Assembly: GCF_035539195.1 (NCBI RefSeq)
Contig: NZ_DATLIW010000006.1
Span: 41,734-105,733, forward strand
Length of the DNA stretch: 64,000 bases
Source of the DNA: Luteibacter sp.
GTDB lineage: Bacteria; Pseudomonadota; Gammaproteobacteria; Xanthomonadales; Rhodanobacteraceae
Direction: 5' to 3'
Shown here: one piece after another, positions 55,271 to 64,000 of the stretch
How positions within the stretch are numbered: the stretch's first letter is position 1
Layout of the letters: each line of letters opens with the position of its first letter
The notes under the pieces: generated by a model
What the model was told of the DNA's origin: nothing
Database searches by the model: none
The model's input: the letters and a program-made list of their open reading frames with translations, nothing else
Translations under genes and position numbers: made by a program

Positions 55271-57262
55271 ATGCGACAGCCGCGCCCTGCCCTCTCTCAC
55301 GTCAGGACCGCGTTGTCGGTCGGCGTCGCTTCCTTCTGCCTCGCCCTGCTGGCCGAGCCCGTCGCGGCCCAGGCCGTCCAGACGGCCGAACAGAAAGCAC
55401 TCGTCGCCAAGCGCATCGATCTGGAGAAGCAGCTCGAGGATGTGGCCATCATCGACCGCAAGGTCATGGTGAAGATGCGCGACGGCAAGCGCATGGCGGC
55501 CGACGTATACCGGCCGAAGAACGCCGGCGGCAAGGTGCCGACAATCTTCGTGCGCACGCCGTACAACTTCAATTTCTGGGACGTCAAGAACGGCGCGCCG
55601 CGCGATATGACGCGCGAGCTCGAGGCCGTGAAACACGGCTACGCGCTGGTCGAAATGAACGAGCGCGGCCACTATTTCTCCGAGGGCAACTACGAGATCC
55701 TCGGCGCGCCGCTGAGCGACGGCGTGGACGCGGTGCGCTGGATGTCCACGCAGCCATGGTCCAACGGCAAGGTCGGCACCACGGGCTGCTCGTCGACGGC
55801 GGAATGGCAGATGGCCGTGGTCGCGGAGAACGAACCGGCCCTGGCGACGTTCAACGTCCAGGGCTTCGGCGCCGGCGTCGGCAAGGTCGGCCCGTACTAC
55901 GAACAGGGCAACTGGTACCGCGGCGGCGCGGTGCAGATGCTCTTCCAGGCGTGGATCTACGGCGAGCAGAACCAGGTTCGCCCGATGTTTCCCGCCAACA
56001 CCTCCCAGGCCGACCTGATCCGCGTCTCCAAGGCGTTCGACCTCGACCCGCAAATGCCACCGGTGGACTGGGACCAGGCCTTCTGGCATCTGCCCGAAAA
56101 CGAGATCCTCAAGGCCGTCGACGGGCCCAAGGGCATTTTCGCCGATGCGATGGACGTCCCTACGGGCGGCAACATGATCGCTCGCACGCCGAACAGCCCC
56201 GCCTGGCGCAAAGGCGGCCTGTGGCACGACGACATGAAGATCGACAAGCCTGGCCTGTGGTTCATGAGCTGGTTCGACGTGTCCGTCTCGCCGAACCTCG
56301 CCGCCTTCAACCAGGTGCGCGCCACGGCACCGAAGGCCGTCGCGGACCAACAGTACGCGATCATCGCACCCGTGCTGCACTGCGCGTATACGCGTGCCAC
56401 GGAGCACACCATGATCGGCGACCTCGACGTCGGCGATGCACGCTTCGACTACGAAGGCCTCGTGTTCGGCTGGTTCGACAAGTTCCTCAAGGGCGTGGAC
56501 AGCCCGTTGGTCGATAAGCAGCCCAAGGTCATGTACTACGTGATGGGCGAGAACAAATGGCGTAACTCGCAAACCTGGCCGCCGGCCGGTGCGGTGACGC
56601 GCGACCTCTACTTCACCAGCGGTGGCAAGGCCAACACGCTCTACGGCGACGGCAAGCTCGTCGACGCGGCCGGTGGCACCGACCAGCCCGATAGCTTCGT
56701 CTACGATCCGGCCAACCCGGTCACCACGCTGGGCGGCGGCGGTTGCTGCCAGGGCAATGCGGTGAAGTTCGGTTCCTTCGACCAGAACCCGCAGCTGGCC
56801 CGAAACGACATCCTGGTTTACGACTCCGAGCCCTTCAAGGAAGGTACCGAGGTCAGCGGGCCGATCACGGTCACGCTTTACGTTTCGTCCGATGCGAAGG
56901 ACACCGACTTCACCTTCAAGGTGATGGACGTGCATCCCGACGGCAAGGCCTTCAACATCACCGAGAACATCCAGCGCATGCGTTACCGCGAGGGTTACGA
57001 CAAGCCGCCGGTGTGGATGAAGGACGGCGAGGTCTACAAGGTGACCTTCCAGCCGATCGACACGAGCATGTTCTTCTTCCCCGGGCACAAGCTGCGGGTC
57101 GCGATTTCCAGCAGCAACTTCCCGCGCTTCGATCGCAACCTCAATACCGGTGGCAACAACTACGACGAGGCGAAGGGCGTGATCGCGCATAACGCGGTGC
57201 ATCACGATGCGGCGCATCCGTCGAAGATCACCTATACGATCGTGCCGCGTACGACGCCCTGA
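55271..57262 (+). CDS. secreted CocE/NonD family hydrolase (S15 X-Pro dipeptidyl-peptidase-like)
   Basis: A signal peptide, then [18 protein letters not shown]...[10 protein letters not shown], a nucleophile region [15 protein letters not shown] and a C-terminal jelly-roll domain ([34 protein letters not shown]). Confidence 0.9.
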   Translation: MRQPRPALSHVRTALSVGVASFCLALLAEPVAAQAVQTAEQKALVAKRIDLEKQLEDVAIIDRKVMVKMRDGKRMAADVYRPKNAGGKVPTIFVRTPYNFNFWDVKNGAPRDMTRELEAVKHGYALVEMNERGHYFSEGNYEILGAPLSDGVDAVRWMSTQPWSNGKVGTTGCSSTAEWQMAVVAENEPALATFNVQGFGAGVGKVGPYYEQGNWYRGGAVQMLFQAWIYGEQNQVRPMFPANTSQADLIRVSKAFDLDPQMPPVDWDQAFWHLPENEILKAVDGPKGIFADAMDVPTGGNMIARTPNSPAWRKGGLWHDDMKIDKPGLWFMSWFDVSVSPNLAAFNQVRATAPKAVADQQYAIIAPVLHCAYTRATEHTMIGDLDVGDARFDYEGLVFGWFDKFLKGVDSPLVDKQPKVMYYVMGENKWRNSQTWPPAGAVTRDLYFTSGGKANTLYGDGKLVDAAGGTDQPDSFVYDPANPVTTLGGGGCCQGNAVKFGSFDQNPQLARNDILVYDSEPFKEGTEVSGPITVTLYVSSDAKDTDFTFKVMDVHPDGKAFNITENIQRMRYREGYDKPPVWMKDGEVYKVTFQPIDTSMFFFPGHKLRVAISSSNFPRFDRNLNTGGNNYDEAKGVIAHNAVHHDAAHPSKITYTIVPRTTP

Positions 57263-57268
57263 CGCCCC

Positions 57269-57290
57269 GCTGCCGCGGGATCGCGGCAGC
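57269..57290. terminator. GC hairpin between convergent genes (terminator candidate, no U-tract)
   Basis: GCTGCCGCG-GGAT-CGCGGCAGC, a 9-bp perfect stem, lying between the CocE/NonD stop (57262) and the lipoprotein stop (57295). Confidence 0.4.
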
Positions 57291-57294
57291 CCGG

Positions 57295-57624
57295 TCACGT
57301 CGCCCGGCAATCGGGCGACACCTTTCCTGCCGTCGGCGCAACGCACTGGCTGAACCCGGCCGGCAGGTTGTCGAGGCGCAACGCCTCGGCCACCGGCAAC
57401 GAGAACGCGCGAACCTGCGCGCCCTCGTGGAACACCGTGTAGTAGCACCGCCCGCTCCGGCTCGCCTTGCATTCGAACCACGCGCGGCCCATGCGCACGT
57501 CGGTCAGGCTATCGAGAGTCACCTTGCCGTTCTCCTGTGCCGTGGCCGCGATGCTGCGGTTCTGGGCGTCGGTGCAACCGGCGAGGTTGAGGAAGCAGTA
57601 GATGATGGCAAGCAAGGTGCGCAT
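57295..57624 (-). CDS. small lipoprotein with four additional cysteines
   Basis: From ORF 57295..57642(-). Starting at MRTLLAIIYCFLNLAGC gives the lipobox LAGC. The gene is the last in the kinase-regulator operon. Its ORF overlaps the regulator stop by 4 nt. Confidence 0.6.
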   Translation of the reverse strand: MRTLLAIIYCFLNLAGCTDAQNRSIAATAQENGKVTLDSLTDVRMGRAWFECKASRSGRCYYTVFHEGAQVRAFSLPVAEALRLDNLPAGFSQCVAPTAGKVSPDCRAT

Positions 57625-57638
57625 GGAAGTCTCCTTCG

Positions 57639-58406
57639 TCACATGGCGCGGAAGATGGCCATGAACGGCTGACTCACATTCAGGGTTTCGGGGCGCCCAC
57701 GCAGGCGCAGGCAGCCCTTGCCGGTGTCGTCCCGTTCGACCGAGGCGACCTGGCGCAGGTTGACGATGGTGGAGCGATGGATCTGGCGGAATGTCTTCGG
57801 GTCGAGCTGCCGCAGCAGGTCGCGAATCGGGCGACTCAACAGCGCATCGCCATCCGCTGTCGCGACTACCGTGTACTTGTTGTCGGCACGGAAGTAGATG
57901 ACATCGTCGACGAGGATCAGGCGCGTCGCCTTGCCGGCACCGGCGGTGATCCAGGTCAACGGCTCATCCGGCGCCTCGTCGAAGCGACCGATCATGTCCT
58001 TGGCCAGGTCACCCGTACGACGCGCATGCCGCGCAGCGTCGGCAAGGCGGCTGCGTAGCCGCGTTACGGTCTGGGCGAGGCGCTCGGCGACCACCGGCTT
58101 GAGCAGGTAATCGATCGCCCCGCGCTCGAACGCGTCGACCGCGTACTGGTCATAGGCGGTCACGAAGACGACGAGCGTGTGCGGGCTGGCATCGGCCGCG
58201 GCGGCAGCGACCTCCATGCCTGTCAGTCCCGGCATGCGAATGTCGAGAAAGGCTACGTCTGGCTGGTGATTGGCAATGGCCTCCAGCGCTTCGCCGCCGT
58301 CCTCGCAGACCGCGACGATGTCCAGCTCCGGCCACGCCCTGGCCAGTTCACGTTGAAGCGCGGCGGAAAGCAGCTTTTCGTCTTCGGCAACGATGCACTT
58401 AGGCAT
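57639..58406 (-). CDS. LytR/AlgR (LytTR) family response regulator
   Basis: Receiver domain (IVAEDEKLL..., DVAFLDIRMPGLTG) plus a LytTR DNA-binding domain (LILVDDVIYFRADNKYTVV...FRQIHRSTIVNL). Confidence 0.92.
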   Translation of the reverse strand: MPKCIVAEDEKLLSAALQRELARAWPELDIVAVCEDGGEALEAIANHQPDVAFLDIRMPGLTGMEVAAAAADASPHTLVVFVTAYDQYAVDAFERGAIDYLLKPVVAERLAQTVTRLRSRLADAARHARRTGDLAKDMIGRFDEAPDEPLTWITAGAGKATRLILVDDVIYFRADNKYTVVATADGDALLSRPIRDLLRQLDPKTFRQIHRSTIVNLRQVASVERDDTGKGCLRLRGRPETLNVSQPFMAIFRAM

Positions 58407-59637
58407 GATCGTTCACTCCCTTCGTCGGCAGCGTGATCGTCGCGGCGACCCCGTTGGGAAAGTTGTTGCCGATGACGAAGGCCGCCGTCGCACCGTAGGT
58501 GAGGCGCAGCCGCTCGCGCAGATTCTTCAGGCCGATACCGGTGCCCGAGCCTTCGCTGCGAAACCCCATGCCGTCGTCGGCGACCGTGAGCGACAGGGCC
58601 CCGCCTTCCACGCGCCCACGTATCCACACGCCGCCGCCACCCGGCTTCGGCTCGAGGCCGTGCTTGATCGCGTTCTCGACCAGGGTCTGCAGCATCATCG
58701 AAGGCATCGGCACAGCGGCGATGTCATCGGCGACCTCGGTGTGCACGGTAAGGCGTTCGCCCATGCGCAGTTTCATGATCTCCAGCCACGCCGTGGAACG
58801 TTCGAGCTCCTGGCCCAGGGTCGACAACGATCCATCGGTATTCGGTAGCGAGCGGCGCAAATAGTCGATCAGGTGGCCGAGCATGCGATCGGCGCGGGCG
58901 GGATCGGTGCGGACCAGTTCCTGGGCGCTGGCCAAGGTGTTGTAGAGGAAATGGGGTTCCACCTGGGCCTGGAGCAGGCCCAGCTGTGCCGCCGTGAGCT
59001 CCTTCTCCATCGCCGTCTGCCGCACATCGGCACGCTCGCGATTGCGCCGTTCGGTCAGGCGTTGGGTCAGGGCGCGAACCAGGGTTTCGACATGCTCGAG
59101 CGATGCACCACCGTCCGGGTTGAACCAGTCCATCCACGCGCTGCTGTCCGGCTCGCAGACGAACATGACGCTGCTGGAACCATCGGAGGGCGTGATCGTG
59201 GCCGTGACCCGGGTGTTGCGATCGAGACCCTGCTGCGGCAAACCGCGGCGCCGCGGCGTGTCGCCGGGTAGCAGGCGAACCACCGCACGTATCTGCAGGC
59301 CACCCCGTGTGCCGCCGATGTCCTGCACATTCGGCAACTCGCGGATCGCCGCATCGACGATGTCGAAGGCCTCGTCGGCACCGTATGGCACTTCGACGCG
59401 ACGACGCTGGCGGTTCGACAGCGTCTCCGCGTCGATCCGGCCGGCAAGGGTGCGCACGCGGTACAGGTGGGTCACGCCACGCCCCAGCGCAATGAGCAGG
59501 CCAACGAACCAGGCCAGCGTGACGAACCACGGCAGATCGCCGTGGTGCCAGTCGAACATGCCGAACAGCACCAGCAACATGCACCATGCGGCGAACCAGG
59601 CGACAACGATACGACCGAGGAATTTGAGGCTTGCCAT
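58399..59637 (-). CDS. LytS/YehU-type sensor histidine kinase (2 TM + cytoplasmic domain + His_kinase + HATPase_c)
   Basis: From ORF 58399..59823(-), with the start at MASLKFLGRIVVAWF (ATG 59637). The H-box is VEPHFLYNTLASAQ, the N-box is LVENAIKHG, and the G-boxes are DDGMGF and GTGIGLKNLRERL. It overlaps the regulator gene by 8 nt. Confidence 0.88.
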   Translation of the reverse strand: MASLKFLGRIVVAWFAAWCMLLVLFGMFDWHHGDLPWFVTLAWFVGLLIALGRGVTHLYRVRTLAGRIDAETLSNRQRRRVEVPYGADEAFDIVDAAIRELPNVQDIGGTRGGLQIRAVVRLLPGDTPRRRGLPQQGLDRNTRVTATITPSDGSSSVMFVCEPDSSAWMDWFNPDGGASLEHVETLVRALTQRLTERRNRERADVRQTAMEKELTAAQLGLLQAQVEPHFLYNTLASAQELVRTDPARADRMLGHLIDYLRRSLPNTDGSLSTLGQELERSTAWLEIMKLRMGERLTVHTEVADDIAAVPMPSMMLQTLVENAIKHGLEPKPGGGGVWIRGRVEGGALSLTVADDGMGFRSEGSGTGIGLKNLRERLRLTYGATAAFVIGNNFPNGVAATITLPTKGVNDHA

Positions 59638-59851
59638 CGCATGGCTCCGGAACGGGATTGCGACGGAGCATACGACGGTGTACGGAGGTTGCTCGACGCG
59701 TTTCCGACGAAACGCCCGATTGCCCGACGAAACGCCTTGGAAGCGCCCTTCTGCGTCGCAGCATGACCTGGGGATCGCGATAGGCCATGCTCGGGAGGTT
59801 GGCTTCAGCGGTGGGGACCGCAAGCCACGACAAAGACAAAGGGGTTAACGC

Positions 59852-60193
59852 ATGGCCTTGTTGCTCGTCGTTTTCGCTGTCGTTGTTCTAGCGATCTATC
59901 TCGGCATCAATATGCTGCCGAAGAATCATCCCGCCAACTGGCTACTCGGTATCGTCGGTGGCGCCTGCCTCGTCCTCGCCTGGTACGCCATCTTCAGACC
60001 GATGATGATCGCCACGGGCGGTTCCGACCCGTCGCTGATCGCTCTGGGCCTGCACGCGGCCGGCATCGTTTCCTGCGTCCTCGGCCTCGTTTGCCTGGGC
60101 GTATGCGTGTGGCGCGACCCGGCACGCTTCTGGATGCTTTCGATCGTCTTCATCGGCGTGATCGGCGCCACCCAGGTCACCGCGCTCGGCTGA
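59852..60193 (+). CDS. small integral membrane protein (4 predicted helices)
   Basis: 113-aa ATG ORF that is uniformly hydrophobic (MALLLVVFAVVVLAIYL...). Confidence 0.55.
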   Translation: MALLLVVFAVVVLAIYLGINMLPKNHPANWLLGIVGGACLVLAWYAIFRPMMIATGGSDPSLIALGLHAAGIVSCVLGLVCLGVCVWRDPARFWMLSIVFIGVIGATQVTALG

Positions 60194-60210
60194 GCGCGGC
60201 GTTATCCCTG

Positions 60211-61140
60211 CTAGTTCTTGTAGGGATAGCCTGTTGCATGGAGTTCGGCTGCACCTTCCGATACGTCCAGCACCGCGTGGGCACCGAAAGGTAGCGTCCA
60301 TTTGTCACGGCCGTGGCCGAACGCCAGGCCGCGCACGATAGGTACCGTGCACACGGCGGCAAACCGTTCGAGCGCATGCTCGATGTCGTAGCCGTTGTCG
60401 TACTCGCTGACCCGTTGCCCGCCCAGGCCACCGAGGATGATGGCGCGCTGTCCGGCAAGCACGCCGCTTAATTGCAACTCGTAAAGCATCCGCTCGACAC
60501 GGTAAGCCTGCTCGCCGGCTTCCTCCAGATAGAGGATCCCGTCGTCGATCGCCGGCATGTAGGGCGTGCCGATGAGACTGCACAGCGCCGAGAGGTTGCC
60601 ACCCCAAAGGGTGCCTTCGAGATGGACATTCGCCTGCCCTTCCGGACACGTCCAGACGATATCCGTGCGCGGCGATTGCAAGGTCTGCCAGAAGTGGCGC
60701 CAGGTGTTCTCGCGAAGGTAGCCGGCACCGAAGTCCTGCACGAGCATGGGCCCGAAAAGCGAACCGATGCGGCTGCGCGCATACAGGGCGCACTGGATCA
60801 CGGTGAAATCGCCGTGGCCGACGAGGACACACGCACTTTCTGAGAAGCGGGCCTTCAGCCCCTGGTAATCCAGGTGCTCCAGCAGCGCGATGGCCCCGTA
60901 GCCGCCATGAATGGCCATGACCACGTCCGGTAGCGGCCGCTCGGGATCGGCGAGCTGGTTGATGTCCATGGCGCGCTCGGCGTCGCTGCCGGCGAACCGC
61001 AGGGCCACGCGGTCCACGACATGCGTGCCGAGGAGCGTGTGACCTGCGGCCTGCAAGCGCTCGATGCCTCGCTGGCAGGCGGCGCGGTCTTCGGCGTAAC
61101 CAGAAGGAGCAATAAGACGGATCTCGAATCGTTTCGGCAT
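60211..61140 (-). CDS. LD-carboxypeptidase (peptidase S66, LdcA/MccF) homologue with apparent Ser-to-Gly change at the nucleophile
   Basis: From ORF 60211..61272(-), with the start at MPKRFEIRLIAPSGY (61140). Family blocks are AIHGGYGAIALLEHLDY, LVGHGDFTVIQ (the family has G-[FY]-S-D-[IF]-T), LYLEEAGEQAYRVERMLYEL and GLAFGHG. Confidence 0.8.
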   Translation of the reverse strand: MPKRFEIRLIAPSGYAEDRAACQRGIERLQAAGHTLLGTHVVDRVALRFAGSDAERAMDINQLADPERPLPDVVMAIHGGYGAIALLEHLDYQGLKARFSESACVLVGHGDFTVIQCALYARSRIGSLFGPMLVQDFGAGYLRENTWRHFWQTLQSPRTDIVWTCPEGQANVHLEGTLWGGNLSALCSLIGTPYMPAIDDGILYLEEAGEQAYRVERMLYELQLSGVLAGQRAIILGGLGGQRVSEYDNGYDIEHALERFAAVCTVPIVRGLAFGHGRDKWTLPFGAHAVLDVSEGAAELHATGYPYKN

Positions 61141-61406
61141 GACTGGCAGTACGTGACCTGCACTACCAATACCCCTACGACCGCGCGAAGGCAACCCGAA
61201 GTTGTCCTGATCGGGCTCGACTGCCCCCTGAGAGGTACTCACCATTTCATCCTCACATTCCTTGGGCCCCACATCGCCCCGGGAAACCGGGCCATCACAC
61301 CGCCGCGGGCGTGATGGCTTCGATCAGAGGAGGAGAACGTCGGTCACGTTGATCAATAACGGCCACGGAACCATCGAAAACGGCACGATCCGGCGGCCGT
61401 CACGGG

Positions 61407-62387
61407 TTACCAGCCTTCGAACTCTTCGGCCGCGGCGAGATCGTCCGCGGGTGCACTGCGGATGAGCGTTTCGCGTGGCTGTTCGCCAAACACGCTGCGA
61501 TATTTCTCAGCAAAACGCGAGAGGTCCCACATGCCGCAACTCAGCGCGACGGACTTGACCGAGCGTCGACCGGCTTCCGCCGTGACCAGGCTACGATGCG
61601 CCGTGCACAGGCGAAGCATGGCGAGGTAACGGTTCGGCGGGATGCCGAGCAGGTCGTCGAAGGCGTAACGCAGGCCGCGCTCGCTGGCTCCTGCCGCCTG
61701 GCACAACTCCTGCGAATAGATATCGCGGCGGAGATTGGCACGCATGAAGCGCTCGGCGCGCCGCATGACCTGGTAGTGCGCCCGCCGCCCGCGCGATGCA
61801 ACCGGCCGTTCTTCGGATGACGAGCCCAGGGCGACGCGAATATGTTCGTCGAGCAGGTCTTCGACCGGGCCGAATGCGATGTCCTCGGCTTCGTGTACGC
61901 GCTCGCGGATCTGCCGGTAGGCTCGCTTGAGGTGCTCGGAGGTGACCGAGAAAAGACGAAGACGCTGCGCGGCCATATCCACGTCGGCATGATCGGAAGC
62001 CATGAATCGCGAGCGGAAACGTGCATACGGCGCCACTACGAGGGTGAACCGCGTGCCACGTTCGAACATGAAGTCGGTGGGTGTGCCACGCAGCAGCGTC
62101 ACGCCCATTTCCGATTCGACGCCGACGCCCTGGCACCAGCTGCGCTCGCCGGTCTCGTGCAGGTAGACGAGCATGCATGAGTCGTCGGGCACCGTGAGCG
62201 AACCACGCACGTCGAAATCGATGTGCCCGGTGAGATAGGTGACTCCATCGTGCGATTTCGACGCGATCGAGGCACGCGGCCGTGCCGGGCTGAGTGTCAG
62301 CAGATCGACCTCGCACAGGCCCAATGCCGCGCCCAAGGTCACCAGATCGTAGTCTTCCAGTCCCTGCATGTTGGAAGGGCGAGTCAT
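61407..62387 (-). CDS. AraC family transcriptional regulator
   Basis: C-terminal dual HTH (IYSQELCQAAGASERGLRYAFDDLLGIPPNRYLAMLRLCTAHRSL...VKSVALSCGMWDLSRFAEKYRSVFGEQP). Confidence 0.88.
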   Translation of the reverse strand: MTRPSNMQGLEDYDLVTLGAALGLCEVDLLTLSPARPRASIASKSHDGVTYLTGHIDFDVRGSLTVPDDSCMLVYLHETGERSWCQGVGVESEMGVTLLRGTPTDFMFERGTRFTLVVAPYARFRSRFMASDHADVDMAAQRLRLFSVTSEHLKRAYRQIRERVHEAEDIAFGPVEDLLDEHIRVALGSSSEERPVASRGRRAHYQVMRRAERFMRANLRRDIYSQELCQAAGASERGLRYAFDDLLGIPPNRYLAMLRLCTAHRSLVTAEAGRRSVKSVALSCGMWDLSRFAEKYRSVFGEQPRETLIRSAPADDLAAAEEFEGW

Positions 62388-62581
62388 GCGCCTACCTCCC
62401 TACCGTTGGTGTTTCCCTGCATCGGCGGAACGGCGTCATCTGAGTGCCATGCCATTCCGGCAACGCCCCTATCGTTGCCCATCCTGATCCGAACGCTAAC
62501 CCTTCCCATATCCACCCCCCGCAGCATCCACTGGCAGGCTACGCCTGCACGCGACAAAATCTCCATCGGACGGCAAAAACC

Positions 62582-62595
62582 CGTTTACGTAAACG
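62582..62595. promoter_or_regulatory. perfect 14-bp palindrome in the AraC upstream region
   Basis: CGTTTAC-GTAAACG, about 195 nt upstream of the AraC start and about 70 nt beyond the Hsp70-like gene stop. Confidence 0.25.
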
Positions 62596-62666
62596 AGCGA
62601 TGCCGACGCCATAACTACCGATGTAATGCAGCAAAAGCCAGCACTTTGTGAATATGCCGAATTCGC

Positions 62667-64000
62667 TTAGCGACTCTCGGAAGCGATTGATGAATTTGGT
62701 AAAAGTGCCGCTTGTGCGAGTCCAGAGACTACACCCAGAGAGGGGTCGCCGTGCACCACGCGGATACCGGGGAAACTTGCCCCCACCCGCTCGCGAACCT
62801 GCGGTGATCGCGAGGTGCCGCCGGTGAGGAAAACGCTCGCCGGAGGCTCGCCGATGTCCGCCTGGGCCTGGTCGAGAAGGCGTCCCATACGGTCGAGGAA
62901 ATCCTCGGAAGCAGCGCGGAAGTCGCCGGCAACGGCGTCGATCGTCAGGCCTGCCTCGATAAAATCCAGCGAGGCGGACGCCGCATCCGAGGCCGAGAGG
63001 TCGATCTTCATCCGTTCCGCGGACTGGTTCAGACGGGTCGTCGCGCCGGTGCCCTGAAGGGCGCGCAGCCGCGAACCGAAGGGCTCGTCGACCTGGCGAT
63101 AGTCCTGTTTGCGGAACTCGCGCTGCTTGGGCAGGTTGTGCACGCTGGCCGCTTCGACGAAATGGTGCACCGGCACGCCGCTCAGGTCCTTGCCGAACCG
63201 GGGCATGAAGCTGTGCAGGCTGACCCCCACGTCCAGGTCCGTGCCGCCGCGTGGCAGACCCCAGCTCCGGTGCATGATCGGCACTTGGCCCGCTCCCAGC
63301 TCGGCGTAGGCGACGTCCGTGGTGCCGCCGCCGATATCGACGATGATCGCCCGCTGCCGCTCCGCCAGCGACTGGTGGTAGTGCATCGCCGCGGCGGCGG
63401 GCTCCTCGAGAAAGGACACCTCGTCGAAGCCGGCGATGCGCGCGGCTTCGCGCAGAATGGAGAGCGCCTGCTCGCCACCGGCCGCGCCCATGGAGCTGCG
63501 AAACTCGACCGGACGACCGATGACCGCCTCGCGAACGGGCGTGCCGAACTGCCGCGTGGCCACCAGACGAACGTGCTCGAGGATGTGCGCCGCGATGCTA
63601 ACGATGGTCTTGCGCACTCGTGGATCGAGCTTGTAGCCGAACATGGATTTCGGCGATTCGATCAGGTTGCCGGTGCCCTCTTCGAGATAGGCATCGACGG
63701 CTTCCTCGCCGAACAACGCGTCCTGGAAGCTCGCCACCGATGCCGACGCCTCGCGCGTGCGCTCCTCCATCCACTGTCGGCGCACCACGCGGATCGCGTC
63801 ACGACGCAGGTCCATATCGCCACGCGGCGACCGCCCGGCCTGGCGCTCGTCCAGGCGCGAGGCGCGCACGAACGCGTCCACCTGGGCCTCGAGGGTGGGA
63901 GTCAGCACGAAGTCGTCGACGTTCGGCACCACTTCGGGAAAGAACACCGCGGTGCGGAACTGCCGCGCATCGCCGAAACGGACCAGCTCGAGTTGGCCGT
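62667..64000 (-). CDS. Hsp70-family (YegD-like) ATPase, 5'-truncated by window end
   Basis: The reading frame is open to position 64000 (..GQLELVRFGDARQFRTAVFFPE..). Actin-fold motifs are IIVDIGGGTTDV, VFLTGGTSRSPQV and EEPAAAAMHY. There is no DnaK-type substrate-binding domain. Confidence 0.85.
   Translation of the reverse strand, partial: GQLELVRFGDARQFRTAVFFPEVVPNVDDFVLTPTLEAQVDAFVRASRLDERQAGRSPRGDMDLRRDAIRVVRRQWMEERTREASASVASFQDALFGEEAVDAYLEEGTGNLIESPKSMFGYKLDPRVRKTIVSIAAHILEHVRLVATRQFGTPVREAVIGRPVEFRSSMGAAGGEQALSILREAARIAGFDEVSFLEEPAAAAMHYHQSLAERQRAIIVDIGGGTTDVAYAELGAGQVPIMHRSWGLPRGGTDLDVGVSLHSFMPRFGKDLSGVPVHHFVEAASVHNLPKQREFRKQDYRQVDEPFGSRLRALQGTGATTRLNQSAERMKIDLSASDAASASLDFIEAGLTIDAVAGDFRAASEDFLDRMGRLLDQAQADIGEPPASVFLTGGTSRSPQVRERVGASFPGIRVVHGDPSLGVVSGLAQAALLPNSSIASESR

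Overview
High-GC gammaproteobacterial chromosome segment. Spot counts of single 60-nt lines give about 67-80% GC in the backbone. Gene order and the GTGGGAGC-type REP elements look Xanthomonadales/Lysobacterales-like, but this is an inference because no search was run. About 60 protein genes are supported.

The left third is conserved core. It holds carB(partial)-carA, a 2OG oxygenase, a CaCA exchanger, dapB, the dnaJ-dnaK-grpE-hrcA heat-shock cluster with sigma32-type promoters, recN, a UhpBA-like MASE1 kinase/LuxR regulator pair, and fur-bamE-rnfH-ratA-smpB-ssrA(tmRNA).

Directly 3' of ssrA lies the most interesting region, about 17.2-24.7 kb. It is a lower-GC island (52-62% in spot counts) with sparse genes and no integrase. 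It encodes a signal-peptide-bearing miniature Rhs-core protein with a glycine-zipper C-terminal domain and a 4-nt-overlapping putative immunity gene. It also encodes three orphan secreted proteins (one with a TIMP/NTR-like pattern, one of 683 aa with an internal domain duplication) and a hemolysin-III/PAQR protein.

The right 40 kb is ordinary accessory metabolism, transport and regulation: MFS pumps, MarR/AraC/TetR/LysR regulators, PQQ glucose dehydrogenase, GH35 beta-galactosidase, a TonB receptor, Pol II, UDG, a Na+/H+ antiporter, SDR, GMC, CocE/NonD, a LytS/LytTR pair and a YegD-type Hsp70. Several oddities occur there:
- a decayed quinone-oxidoreductase gene beside intact twin TetR operators
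- a Cys-free DksA-like protein
- an LD-carboxypeptidase homologue whose nucleophile Ser appears replaced by Gly
- a stand-alone MASE1 protein
- a 21-bp hairpin that buries the SD of the beta-galactosidase gene
- a structured 220-nt untranslated stretch ending in a terminator
- mirror-image 10-mers placed 5 nt before both start codons of the divergent two-component genes

No CRISPR array, rRNA, tRNA, transposase or integrase was seen. All family calls come from motif recognition by eye. Coordinates of non-ORF features may be off by 1-2 nt.
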